This document shows, piece by piece, positions 42,286 to 54,600 of a stretch of DNA of 64,000 bases. A program made the position numbers and the translations under genes. Source of the DNA: Paragordius varius (lineage: Eukaryota; Animalia; Nematomorpha); contig OZ176055.1 in assembly GCA_964247055.1 (NCBI GenBank), positions 1,302,001-1,366,000 on the forward strand, read 5' to 3'. The first letter of the stretch is position 1, and the number at the start of each line of letters is the position of its first letter. The notes beneath the pieces were generated by a model. The model was not told where the DNA came from. It saw only the letters and a program-made list of their open reading frames with translations, and did not search any database.

Positions 42286-44629
42286 ATGCAATCAATGTTA
42301 TTCACCACTAACAATATTCTGTTTGTGTTTGTCCTTCAAAATTACATCTTTCCCGGGCTGGCTATAGATTTTGGGCATGGTTACAAATATCAAGATGATT
42401 ATAGTTCCTACGACACACATCATGATGATGAAGACTCCTACGGGGATAAGAATGGAGAATTGATTTACAAAATACTTAATCAGTATCAAAAAAATCATGG
42501 AACTACCCAGGGATATAATAGACAACGTCAATACACTGATACTCGATTCTATGATTTTTTGAAGAAGATTGGATTTTACTACGGTTTACATGGTAAGTTT
42601 CATTTTGAAAATGGGTCTAATAATAATCCAAATTTAGTATTTGGTAGCTAGAGTCCTGAATGACTCAACATACAAGTAATTTTTTTTAACGGTATGTGTA
42701 AAAATCCATCGATATTTCATTAGACACTGGGAGATAGCATTTACAGTAAAGAGAATTTTCATAGGCTAAAAAGCGTAAAAATGTATATTTATATACTCAC
42801 CAACTTTAGGCAATTAATCTTTTTACTCTAAATACTATCTGGCATAATACAGTATCAATTGTATTGTTGACCACTTTATTTTTGGCCTTGCAATACAGTA
42901 GCGAATGGATAAAAAATAACTAATATGTTATGTAATACAATTATTTCTAATCTTACAACATTAAATGTGTTTATTTATTATTGACACAAAATTACAGTAA
43001 AAAAAATATACGAACAAACTTAAAAATATAAAGGGAAATATTTTTTTCTAAAGAGACAACCCTACTTTTTGAAACTTAATTTTCTAAATATAACTTATTG
43101 ATTCAAATTCTAAAGTATGAGATAGAGATGTTTATTGGTAACACATTCCATTATATAATTTGCAGTTTAAAACAATTAGATATATTAAAATAATTTAAGA
43201 TTTAAAAAGCATGGTTGTCTTTAAAAAAAATATTTTTCTTTTATTTTTACGTTTTGTCCGTATAGTTTTAATTTTACTGTAATTGTGCGCATACGCTACT
43301 GTATTCCAAATTGGCCAAAAATATTATGGAGTCCCGAACAATAGAGTGATTGTAAAAAACTAGTAATGAATGTTTATTTACATTATAAAGACAAAACGCA
43401 ATAACCAAAAAAACTTATATTTTGTATATAAGGCAACCATATTTCCTTAATTTTTTATATATCTATAATTTCGGACTAAAAAATAAGGAAAAGTGGCAAT
43501 TGGGAAAACAATCAATTATATTTTGCAATAGTTTTTTTAAAAAAGCATTATTCATATAAAAATATTAGTCGTTTGGTTATTTTAATTTTTACTGTAAATT
43601 GCATAAATTTTTTGAGTAAACTGAAAATTAAATTTAAAACTTGTAAATTGTCATTCCTCAGGCGGTGTCAAGCTTAATATAAAATTAAGTTTATTAATAG
43701 ATAAACGCCTATAACCTAATCTTAACCAGTACCATATATAAAAAAATATAAATGAAAAAATCAACAAATTTTTTTTAGTGTATGTTCTTATTTATTAAAC
43801 TGACTCTCACTTTAATAGTGCAGGGAATTATAAAAATTGATTTTGCTAACATTTTAAATAGATACGTTCAATAAATACAATATTTAATATTTGAAACCGG
43901 ATACTATAAATTAATTAAGTTTTTTTTAGGTAAAATGGTCCACATCAACCCGATCCAGTTATAAAATTATTACAACCGTTTTAGTTTCAATTTATATTAC
44001 TTTAATATTTATAAAAGCTTTTCTTTTTTGTTCAAAAGTTTGTTTTCTATTGTATTATTTTTGGACACATTGATTCTATACTTTATGGTTGTGATAATGT
44101 TAATATAATTTTACAATTGCTGTAAAAAATTAATACCAAACAAGCTGCGTTTATTTTAGTAATTGATTTTTAATGTAAAGTCGACCTTAGGAATTCGTTG
44201 TAATTAATCATGTTTACCAAATTTGCTTTACCTAGAAATATTATTTGCGTAACTTTCGAATCTAATTTTTACTGTAGAGTGATGAATATACAAATCAAAT
44301 TTGCTTTTATCAATAATAAAATGTAATTTTAGATATTATAAATCTTTACATAAAAAAATTAACCAAATAAAATATATTTAGTCAAGGGTGGATATCAAGG
44401 AGCTGGTGGAGATGACACAGGATATAAGGGTAAAGAAGGCTTTTCCCATTACACAAATCGAAATCATAACTTTGGCAATCCGCACGACTCTCATGGATAC
44501 TTAGCAAGTCTTTACAAAGCTTACGGGGAACATGAGGGGAAATTCAAACATTATCGGCATAGTCCATACGATTATCACCATTCCAAGCACAAACATTCAT
44601 TCCATAAATATCATCATAGTTTTAAATAA
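42286..44629 (+). CDS. Secreted His/Tyr/Gly-rich low-complexity protein, ~184 aa (exons 42286-42592, 44382-44629)
   Basis: Hydrophobic leader; a strong phase-1 donor (CAT G|GTAAGT) joins TTTAG|TC AAG; exon 2 reads KGGYQGAGGDDTGYKG...HEGKFKHYRHSPYDYHHSKHKHSFHKYHHSFK* with the same composition as exon 1. Confidence 0.78.
42985..43287. mobile_element. MITE family H in the intron of the His-rich gene
   Basis: CACAAAATTACAGTAAAA...TTTTACTGTAATTGTG inverted termini with ~90-bp imperfect arms. Confidence 0.65.
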
Positions 44630-45330
44630 ATTTAGATTATATAAGTATTAATATGATTGATATTAATCTTATGTTAAATTAAATCTTTATACGCAGTTAT
44701 TTACAGGAATATTTAAATTTGTTTTCAAATTTTCTCGGTTGCAATCGAATTAATTAGTGTATTGCTAACTTTTGTTTTAGTTATAACTTTTTTCAAAAAC
44801 GATAACGTTAAAAATATTATTGAAAATTTTTATCGAAATATTTTTGGATAATACTTTTTTAATCTATATAAACACTGATATTTCGTATAAGAGAAATTTT
44901 TAGGACTTGATAGAATATTTCACAATCTGATAGGTATTAAATATAATGTTAAAAAACAATTTTTTAACAAGAACTTTTACTTATATATTCAATAATACCG
45001 CTCAATTCTGTAAAATTTGTTGAAATAGGCGAAAGCCTTAAAAACATTATAGATTTACAAACTATAAAGTTGGACTTAAAAAGCAAAAAAATATTTTTAC
45101 ATCATCGTGGTAATTTTTTGTAACATTCACTTTCATAAAGTAAACATAAAAAGAAATTATTTGGGTATTTTAAAGTCAACATATTGTTTTAAGTATGAAA
45201 AAAGTTTTTTAATTGAAGTTAGAATCCCAATATTGCACAATTTCACCATAGGGCAACGCCGTCCGGTTAATGCTTTCTCTACCCTTAAAAAACAATAAGA
45301 AAATTCTTTATCGTGAAAAAGCACACATTG

Positions 45331-45533
45331 TATTACAGCATGAGTAAGTATACACTAGAAAGTTATTAATTATTGCCAAATAGCATATACAACACAAAGG
45401 GTAGTATTATTGCTTATAATTATTTTTTTGGCTTTTTACTATTATTAGCCAATTATACTGTCTTTTGTTTTCTTTACTATTTGGCAATAATAAATAACTT
45501 TCTAGCAATGTATATTTACTCATACTGTAATTT
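45331..45533. repeat. ~200-bp foldback (MITE-like hairpin)
   Basis: TTACAGCATGAGTAAGTATACACTAGAAAGTTATTAATTATTGCCAAATAG pairs with CTATTTGGCAATAATAAATAACTTTCTAGCAATGTATATTTACTCATACTGTAA. Confidence 0.7.
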
Positions 45534-46933
45534 TGACATACACTAAAAATATTTTTGCCATATTCAATAGTTCTATCAAAATACATAAATATATGTGCAT
45601 GATTTTTCTCCGATATAAATATATGGCATGCATAATAATAAAATGATTTAATTAAATTTAAATATATTTATAGGAGTAATATTATTATGCCGATTTTAAT
45701 GGATGCCTGATAATGATGTGAATTTACCCTTATTGTTTATATTGGCCTCATAAAAACATGATCCACTCGTTTGGAACTTTAAATGAAATAATAAATCATA
45801 AAGTTTTAAACACTTGGATATAACACATTTATTTCAGTCCTTCGATTTTAATTGGGGTCGTTAATTGATGACCTAAGGCCTGAAATCAAATATATAAAAA
45901 ATATGGAATAAACTGAAACCCTTGTAAAAATTTGCACTAACATTGATGAACCGAAATATAAAAACAATATCTATTCAAAAACTCGATATTAATTATTTTT
46001 TCATGACATGTGTCCATTAGTTAAATATAAAATAATGCAAAGTAAACCTTTTTTATAATGTTAGATGTGATTTATATAAAAATTAACTCTAACTATAGAG
46101 TTAAAAAAAACACGATATTTTACAATTTTAAACTAAAAATGGCGTTCATTATACCATTATTAATTTTAATTTAATTTTACAAAACCAATTGATGAAGTTG
46201 CCCTTTTATTACACTAGACAACAAATTTTTCTGCCAATCGAGTTTTTTGCATTTTTTGATATTTAATATCATTTTAACAGTAAATCTTAAATAAAAATTA
46301 TAACTCGTTGGAAGAATTTTGTATAATTTGATTTTTTTTGATTATGCGCCCTCTTTATCAGATTTTACTAAAAAATGTTTTTCTTTAAAAATGAACAAGA
46401 AATGCCCATTTGTAATATATCATTCGAAAGAGTATTAAAAACCCTATAAAATGTATACTAATATGTATTACATCGACAGTTAATATTGGACACAAAGAGC
46501 GACAAACCAGCGAAGCGAGAGCATTTTTTTTAATTATTATATTTTTAAAACTAATGGATGAAAATAGCTCAAACTTTGTTTAGATGGAGATGAATGTCCA
46601 AAACAGATAACACAAGAACGTTTTTTTGATTAAAACATTTTTTATTGCTTTTATGTCACTCAAGACAGCCATTTTTAAGTTTTTTGTTTTTTAAAAATTA
46701 CCATCTCATCAATATTAATTTATTTTCTTTACAAGGCTGATAATTTCGAAAATTTAAAGATAAAAACAAAGTTTAAGGTATTTTTGATCTTTTATAGCCA
46801 TTATGTAATAAATTTACAGTTATAACTATGCATTTTAGTATCCACTAGGTAAAATATTTATGATAATAATAATTTTTATTAAAAAAGCAAACCAAAAGCT
46901 TTTTCAAACATTTTTTTTAAATTAAATACTATA

Positions 46934-47516
46934 CCATTTACACTTCAAGAGTGTCCTTGAACAATTCAAGTTGGTCCTTGAACAATTCAAGTTGGTCCTT
47001 GAACAGTTCAAGTTGGTCCTTAAAATTTATAAATTTTGATTTAACCATAATTTTTGCATTTATTTTTTTATTTTATTATTTATTAACCTAATTTTCTTTA
47101 TTTATTATATACTTATTCATTTAAAAATAAATTTTTTTATTGAAAAACCACTTTTTTGTTTAAAACTATTTTTTTCAATTGAACAAAAATATTGACTTTT
47201 AAATGTTTTTAATGAAAAATTTTAATTAATAACCCAGAAAACTTATATAATTTTTCATTTCATGTTAAAATCTTATAAATATCCAAATTTATTTTAAGAA
47301 ATTAATAAAGATATACGGTTTTTCAAAGATTAAAAGTTGATATCGATTTAAAACTTATGTTAAATAATAGAAAATAGGTTAAAAACAATAAAATAGACGA
47401 ATTATTTTCGATTTGATTGATAAAAGTTAAAAACAAAGCAAAAAAGTTAAAGGACCAACTTGAATTGTTCAAGGACCAACTTGAATTGTTCAAGGACACT
47501 CTTGAAGTGTAAATGG
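46934..47516. mobile_element. MITE family A, long subfamily (583 bp) with 21-bp subterminal tandem units
   Basis: TA|CCATTTAC...GTAAATGG|TA; GTCCTTGAACAATTCAAGTTG x3 on the left arm and its reverse complement on the right arm. Confidence 0.88.
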
Positions 47517-49838
47517 TATAATATAACCCTAATAATTATATTAAAATAATTTATATGATTTTCACATTAATTTGTCTGTGAAAATTCTTGACTTACTTTT
47601 ACCTCCGATTGATTTAAATGACTTACTACCATTTAAAAGATGCAGTTTTTTGCGCTCTTTCGAATGATAAAAAATACATGGCTTCATATCTAAAACTTTT
47701 AATTTTCGAAATTTCGAGTTTAATGTTAAATTGGGGCCAAAAATTATCGATAAACTCTAATATAAAAAAATTCTTCCATGCTAGACCAATTTTCTTTTCA
47801 GATATACTAACTATGTACTTTAATGAAATAAATTTTAAATTTACAAGAATGGCAGTTAAAAAAAGTTAAAATTTGTTGTCTAGTGTTACTAAACCTAAAC
47901 GGAATACAGGCAATTGTGTTTGATTTTATCTATTGCAAATTACATTTAGAAATTTTATAAATCTAAAAAAAAGCTGACTTTTCAGCATCAATTAATTGCG
48001 GCGTATCGCCCAAATTTTAGTTTGAAGCGGTGAGCTTAAAAAAACTAAATTGACCCTAAATTTGATACCGTGATTAACATTGATTATTTCATAATTATAT
48101 GGAAGAGATCGCTGTTAGAATTAAAAAAGTGAGAAGAAAAGAGATGTTGATTTGTAGTTTTCAAAACCAGTGTGATATTGTACTTTTTTGTTTCTATTTC
48201 CTTTGTCCATTTATCATTCTTTATGGTATTTTTTGTTTTTGGTACACATATTTTTCTAAATGACATTTTTTAAGGATTGTAAATCTATTTTTGGAAACAT
48301 TAAAATATTTAATTGGGTTTTTTCCGATTCTGGTTTTTCAGGAGGAAATTTGACTGAAATTCGGATAGATTTGGTAATATTTATATAGTTAAGACTAATA
48401 GATTTTATTTTTTTTATTTTTCCCAAAAATATTAGTGACACTTATCGTTTTTATATTTTTCATAATTTAATTATTAAATTTAAAACTAACATTTTGGCCA
48501 TGCAAATAAGTATCAATCGATAGTTTAAATCCTTTTGTAGACTCATAAATAAAAACGAAGTCAGTCAAAATATTTTTGGATATATGAAATAATGTTTTCA
48601 AATTTTTAATAAAAACACTGTATTTTATGATTGATTTAGATAAAAGTTATCTAATCAGATGTATAATAATATTATTTTACGTTTAACTAAGATTAAATCC
48701 ATAAATAGAAACATTAAATTTTTTCAACCTACAATAATTTTGCCGTGTGCAATTAAGGTAAAAATTATTTCATTTAAATTTTGATTTAAAACTAGAAAAC
48801 ATTCATCATAATAAAAGCGAAATTATTGACGTCTCTTTATTAACTTAAAAATCTCTAACGTTTGGTAGGGAAAATATTCTTTTACTAAATTAGTGTTTGT
48901 CATTAACGCCATACTTGGGCCATATTGTACAAATGTTCAATAACTTTGAAAATATACATAAAACATAATTTGTGGTTTATCTTTCATATCCAGATTTCCT
49001 ACTTTAATTTTTATTTGTTCGTCTGCAAAGCGCAGCAATCAGGTAATAAACATTGTTGTACATCACAATTAAAAAAAATATTTTTACAATTACACATATC
49101 AATAAAACAACAGCAAAAAAAATTTAACATACCAACCAACCACATAATAATAATAATTTTTCGCCAAAATTCGTTTTCGTTAATGTTAAATTTATACTCT
49201 GTTTGTTGTATGTTAAAAAGGGGAGAAAATAAGGGATGTCTAGACGTCTACAGCACTATAATGTTATGTATGTGTGTTTCTATTTGCGCTTTTACTCCCC
49301 CCCATAACTAACCAAAACGAACCAACATATCTCTAAAACTACAAATGTGTACAATACATATTTGTTTTCCATAGATTATTTTCTTGAATTGTAAAATACA
49401 AAATGCTTTTATGGGTTTAGGATCTTTTTTTATTCAAAAACAAATGAATGTGAATCTAGACTTATAGAAAAATAAAGTACAATATTTGCTGTACAATTTA
49501 GAGGAGTTGAGTTTTTAGCATATAGGCAGCGCGCACATTAAATTTTTTTTATTCTTTTTTGCCTTTACTATTCTGTTCGTTTTTTCAATACATTAGATAG
49601 ATAGATGCGTATGTATGCATGTATTTGAGGTATCTCCAATGTTATATTTAGAGGCAGTACAGGGGTTTCCCCTCCTTTTTTTTAAAAGAAAAAACCCCTA
49701 TTAAAAAACTAAATTATCCGCGTTTTTTATTCACAACATACAATTTACTATATTTGTATGAACACATCTTCAATCAAATATTCGTATTATTCATCTCTAC
49801 TATTTATCCCTCACTGATTGATGGATTGTCCGTGAATT

Positions 49839-49917
49839 AAATTTACCCGTAGATCTGAACTTTTGTAAATATCAACATAAAACATTAATTCATGGGTTCG
49901 GATCCAAGGGTGATTTT
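49839..49917 (+). ncRNA. mir-100: pre-miR-100 (miR-10/100 family); predicted mature 49844-49865 UACCCGUAGAUCUGAACUUUUG
   Basis: 19/22 identical to canonical miR-100 with an intact seed (ACCCGUA); pairs with the 3p arm CAUGGGUUCGGAUCCAAGGGUGA (49891-49913); first member of the cluster. Confidence 0.9.
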
Positions 49918-49966
49918 GGCTCACCCCACGTGTTTTAATCTAATGTAGCTTGTAACTTTGAGATGA

Positions 49967-50042
49967 CAAGGTGAGGTAGTGAGTTGTATAGTTAGAGCTA
50001 CATCAATAAAAGGGGAACATTACAACTTGCTAGCTTACCTTG
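49967..50042 (+). ncRNA. let-7: pre-let-7; predicted mature 49972-49993 UGAGGUAGUGAGUUGUAUAGUU
   Basis: 20/22 identical to canonical let-7 (UGAGGUAGUAGGUUGUAUAGUU); folds with the 3p arm AACAUUACAACUUGCUAGCUUACCUUG. Confidence 0.95.
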
Positions 50043-50169
50043 CAATCAATTTTTACATCAACCTAAACCAACCTAACTACCAATCTATTTATCAAATTAT
50101 CAATCAACTCTGGAAAAATTGATAAAAATAGAATGTAAAAACCACAACAAATCGTTGAAAACACATCTA

Positions 50170-50182
50170 AGGTCAATGTACT
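50170..50182 (+). promoter_or_regulatory. Candidate nuclear-receptor IR1 element (EcRE-like) AGGTCA-A-TGTACT
   Basis: A perfect AGGTCA half-site, a 1-nt spacer, and a right half one mismatch from the TGCACT of the hsp27 EcRE; located inside the let-7 cluster. Confidence 0.35.
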
Positions 50183-50260
50183 ATTCGAAATCGAATAACC
50201 ATTTGTTTGTGTGTGTATTTGTTCATGTTCATTTATACAAAATTTTGATGTTTGATTGGT

Positions 50261-50340
50261 ATTTATAAATTCCCTGAGACCCTAACTTGTGAGTTAATTC
50301 AAAATTATCACAGGTCTCGAGTCTCGGGATATTTATGAAT
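50261..50340 (+). ncRNA. mir-125: pre-miR-125 (lin-4 family); predicted mature 50271-50292 UCCCUGAGACCCUAACUUGUGA
   Basis: Exact match to canonical miR-125; long stem with the 3p arm UCACAGGUCUCGAGUCUCGGGAUA and paired basal flanks. Confidence 0.97.
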
Positions 50341-53099
50341 ACTTAGTTTCGCATTCAAGTATATGCAATTAGTATTGCATTACATTGCAATAGATCCATA
50401 AAATGCAAATCAAATAAAACAAACCCAAGTATTTTAATTTTTATCAAACCTCAAAATTTTTTTGATTATATATTATATAATAATTTTTTTTAAAATTAGT
50501 ATTAAATGTTTTGTGTTAAACTTAAATATAATAATGGGTTACGTGACAAATATTTATTATAACCACCATATTTTTCACATGGCTGTTATGCTGAGGTATA
50601 TAATTATTTAAAAATATTTTTCAGATAATAATTTTATTTTAATCTAATTATTAAATAAATTATTTCATTTAAAACATTTAGCTTTGTCCATACAAACAAT
50701 TTTATAAAAAAGTAATTTTAAAAGACGATGTTTGCTTATAACTGGGAGATTTTCTAAATTGTATATAAAAAATTTAGTGAAAAAACCTACATTGATTTTA
50801 TGTATTTTCCCAAATTAAAACGATTATGGAACTAAGCGATATTTGCTATTACTTAATGATATTTTTTTGACATCTATTGTGTTTTAAAAAGATTCATTAA
50901 TAAAAATGTACACCCACATTTATGTTCGCAATTACCAAATATTTAAAATGATCTTCCGGAATAGTGATATGTTCAAATAAATAAAATTTTTATAATACAT
51001 AACCGCATTGTCAATTTTACAAAGTTGTCGGGGTTCCAAATTAAAATTACTTAGTGAATAATCCTATTCATTGAGGAGTCAAGTACAATGAAAATGCGAT
51101 TACCTATGTTGTTGTCAGGTTTGATCAAGTTTTTTCGTGCTAGTTGCGAACGTTAGACTGTCCTTGGAACCGTCGGATTTATAACTTTCCCTTATTTTTC
51201 TGTTATAAATAAGTATTTTTATGATATATTTTAAACTAACGGATGAAATAATTAAACGATCTGATGTATTTATCATATGTAATCAAAGCTATTTGACCGG
51301 ACCTTGCAATATTATTTAAGTAGAAATAAGTGATATTTATCCTTATAAACTGGTTTCAAGCAGTCTTTGATTAAAGAAAACCAAGAAATTTAAATATGGC
51401 GCTGTGTTTTGTTAAAGTTGATGTATGTAAAATAAATATCTTAAGATGTAAGCATTTTTATCCATTAGCGTTTGACTTCGGTAATAATATTCTGCTACTT
51501 TGCCGGTTTTATGTCAAAAAATGATGGTGTTTTTCTGATTATTTTTTTTAAAACAACATATTTTACAGTCTCTAAACCGCATTCGAACATTAGCTTGATA
51601 TCGTGAAGAATTTAGAACAGGTTCTCTAACATAAGCTTCGCGGACCGCATTTTCACCTCAAAAAGGGCGGGCCGCATATAATATATGGGAATCAATAAAT
51701 ATTTTATTAAATATGGAGCTGTAGAAATAATTACGACTGTTTATTTTATCAATATTTAAAGTAATTGGATGCCAAAATTCAGAACGACTTATTTAACTAT
51801 TGAGCAATACTCGATTGTAATATCTTTGAACTTTTACAAATCTGGTGTTGCATATTCATTATTTAAAAAATAATTTCAAATATATCTGGCTTTAATTATA
51901 TATCTTATCACCGCGATATATAAAGATTGATAATAACCGCGCCCGTTCATGTTAGATTGACAATTAAATTTATAATTTAAGTTTTTTATATATGCAACTA
52001 AAAAAATCTTATATTTTCTCCTGTACAATTATTCACATCATATTTTAGGTAAATTAATTTTCTCATTCTTTCAAATATTAAAAAGTTCTTATGACAAAAT
52101 CTCAGCCTTCTGTTTTGGAGGGGCTAAAGATGTGAGCCTTTGGAAGCCCACATTTAAAAACAAAATTTTTTTAAATTACTGTGCTTTTTAAATATAGTAT
52201 AAGATATATATTACTATTTTTAGAATAAATAATTTAACTTTTATCATAAAAAATTTATTTAGCATAATGCGTGCAAATTTCGCCATTTTGATATGGAGCA
52301 AAGAAAAGTAGTATTTTTCTTAAATCACTCGTAAGGCCATCAAAACCAAAGTCATTATGAGAATGCGATACATTTATATATTTATATTTTCATTTTTTTG
52401 TCTGCACTATGCATATACAAACAAAGGTTTTTAGGCAGAATTTCTATATTAAAATAATTTTCAAATAATAAAAATTACAATATTTGTTTATTTAAAAATT
52501 CTAATATTTATTAAAAAAGCTTCATTTTTTAATATTAAAGTTGTTAAAAACGGCTTTTAAATTTGTGATAGATTAAATATTTAATAGTAAAAATAAACAT
52601 TTGACTGCTGATATATAGTTTTTAGGGTTATGTGCAACGTGATCCCCATATTAAATCGGTGTTATCATCCAAAATACCAAATTTTAAACAAATACATTTT
52701 TACAAAAATCTGGCACGCTATGATATATTGTTCAGAATAGCACAAAAACTTTAAAAACATTGTTTATTAAACCTGTGAAAAAAACCCAAATTCCGTATTA
52801 AATTTGAAATTTAAATAATAGAGTTCATAAAATTTAGTCAAAAATTGCTCAAACAAATATTGTATTACGGAAACCGATTACTTATAAAACTTATTTTAAC
52901 AAAAACTGGATGTTTAGGGCTTTTCCTTCCAAGGTTAAAAGTAAGTTTCATAAACAGATGTAAGTTCAAATCATCTATTATATATACATTTTGGGAAAAT
53001 AATTAAACCAAAAATTTTGATATACGCCCATGATCACTTAATTTTTAAATGTAGAATGAATTAAAAATGTTCGTACCTAGTTCAAACTTTATGCAGTGT

Positions 53100-54600
53100 C
53101 CAAAAAAAATATCCTGATATATATGTTTTGATAAAAAATGTTTCAAGATAATCGTGGTAATTTTCGTTTTGGCAGATACGACTGATTTAAGAAGGTTATT
53201 ACACTTTTGTGGTACAGCTCCATATTAGAAAATGGCATTTGCCCACTTTTTGCTAATTTTTTTGGGTATATCATTTATCCCGAAAACTATTAATATAATA
53301 AATGTTGTATATTCAAAAAGCAAATTACAAATTTCAAATTTTTAGATGTAGGCTCCGAAAATTCCAAATTTTTTAGCCTTTCTAAAATGAACTAGTTCTC
53401 TTAAAAACTCAAAGGGCAACAATAAATAATGTTTTAAAATAGTAAAAAAATACTTTTCTAGATAATTGGATACGAACATTTCTATCACCTTAAAATTTTA
53501 ATTTAAAAATTTTTTTGTTTTTAAACTTGGATAAATTGTAAAAAACATTACATTTAAAATACATTTTAAGACCGAATATTTTTATCCAAGTTTTGGGGTG
53601 ATAAAAAAGTTCAGCATTATCGAATAATATAGAAAATGTGTTTTTATAATATTATAATAAACTATGGTCATCACACGACATCAAACTTAAAACAAAAATC
53701 CGTTTAGTTAAAGCCCTAATATTTCCTAGCATGCTATATGCATCAGAAAGCTGGACAATAAAAAAGGTAGACGAAAAATTTAACGCCTTCGAAAACTGGT
53801 GCTGGCGGAAGATACTCCGAATCACTTGGTAAGACAAAATAAAAAAAACTGTAATCCTTGACAAAATGAACCCCGAGATACACCTGATTGGCATGTGCCT
53901 CAAAATGAAATTATCATACTTTGGTCACATTACCAGAGCTAATGACTTGGAATTCCAACTAATGACAGGCAAGGTCGAAGGATCCAGAAAACGTGGACGC
54001 TGCAAGATGCGCTGGATCTAAAACCTAACCAAAGAGACCAATCTCTCCTTACAAACATCACTCACTTACAATCGAATAAACTGGAGAAAATACACCTTCG
54101 AAAAAGCAATAAATCGACAACGATCTTTGCTACAATAATAATGGCGTTTTTATACCGTTTCCATCATGGCTCAAAATATCATGGACTACGTTTCAACATT
54201 TTGACATATATTTTTTGAACAAAGTATGCTTTTTCCGGCCGTATTCTAGCATATGTTAAAATATGTTATCGCGAAATGTTGACATTTTGCGTTTCTTTTA
54301 AAAGAACTATCCCATTTTAAAAAGGCGAAAAGATTTGGGATATTTGGTCACATCTAGTACTGAAAATTATATAATTGTTTTGCTTTTTTTGTTATGATAT
54401 ATTTTAGTGATATTTTTTGTAAAACATTTATCTTTACCAAAAAAATTTTATTTAACTAAATGTGCGCAAATTTTGCCATTTTCTGAAATGGAGTAATTAC
54501 CACAAAAATGTAAAAATCTTTCTTTCCCTCGTAAGGCCAAAAATTACCATGATAATCCTGATACATTTTCCTACCAGAGTTTATATATTTCATCAAAATA
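53100..54600. mobile_element. Family B element with ~300-bp diverged inverted arms (other copies or arms at ~16230-16830, ~24990-25420, ~52100-52380, ~59770-60850, ~60900-61200)
   Basis: The reverse complement of 53100-53400 aligns with 54290-54600 (CCACATCTA, GCCATTTTCT..ATGGAG, AATTACCAYGAT.ATC); the same arm-spacer-arm layout recurs at 59.8-60.8 kb. Confidence 0.6.
53655..54142 (+). mobile_element. 5'-truncated RTE-clade LINE fragment (C-terminal end of the ORF, two in-frame stops, (TAA)n tail)
   Basis: KLWSSHDIKLKTKIRLVKALIFPSMLYASESWT...AFENWCWRKILRITW*...LSYFGHITR...GKVEGSRKRGRCKMRWI* is the typical RTE C-terminal signature. Confidence 0.9.

Noticed and set aside
46955-47020. Three 21-bp direct repeats resembling a CRISPR array
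   Set aside because: No spacers, mirrored on the other arm of a MITE, and the context is eukaryotic.
48925-49311. 128-aa ORF upstream of the miRNA cluster
   Set aside because: Low-complexity translation typical of AT-rich non-coding DNA; no motif or splice support.
50066-50090. AACCT-like motifs suggestive of (TTAGG)n telomeric repeat
   Set aside because: Only two or three imperfect units; not an array.
53652-53903. 83-aa minus-strand ORF
   Set aside because: Antisense shadow of the RTE fragment.
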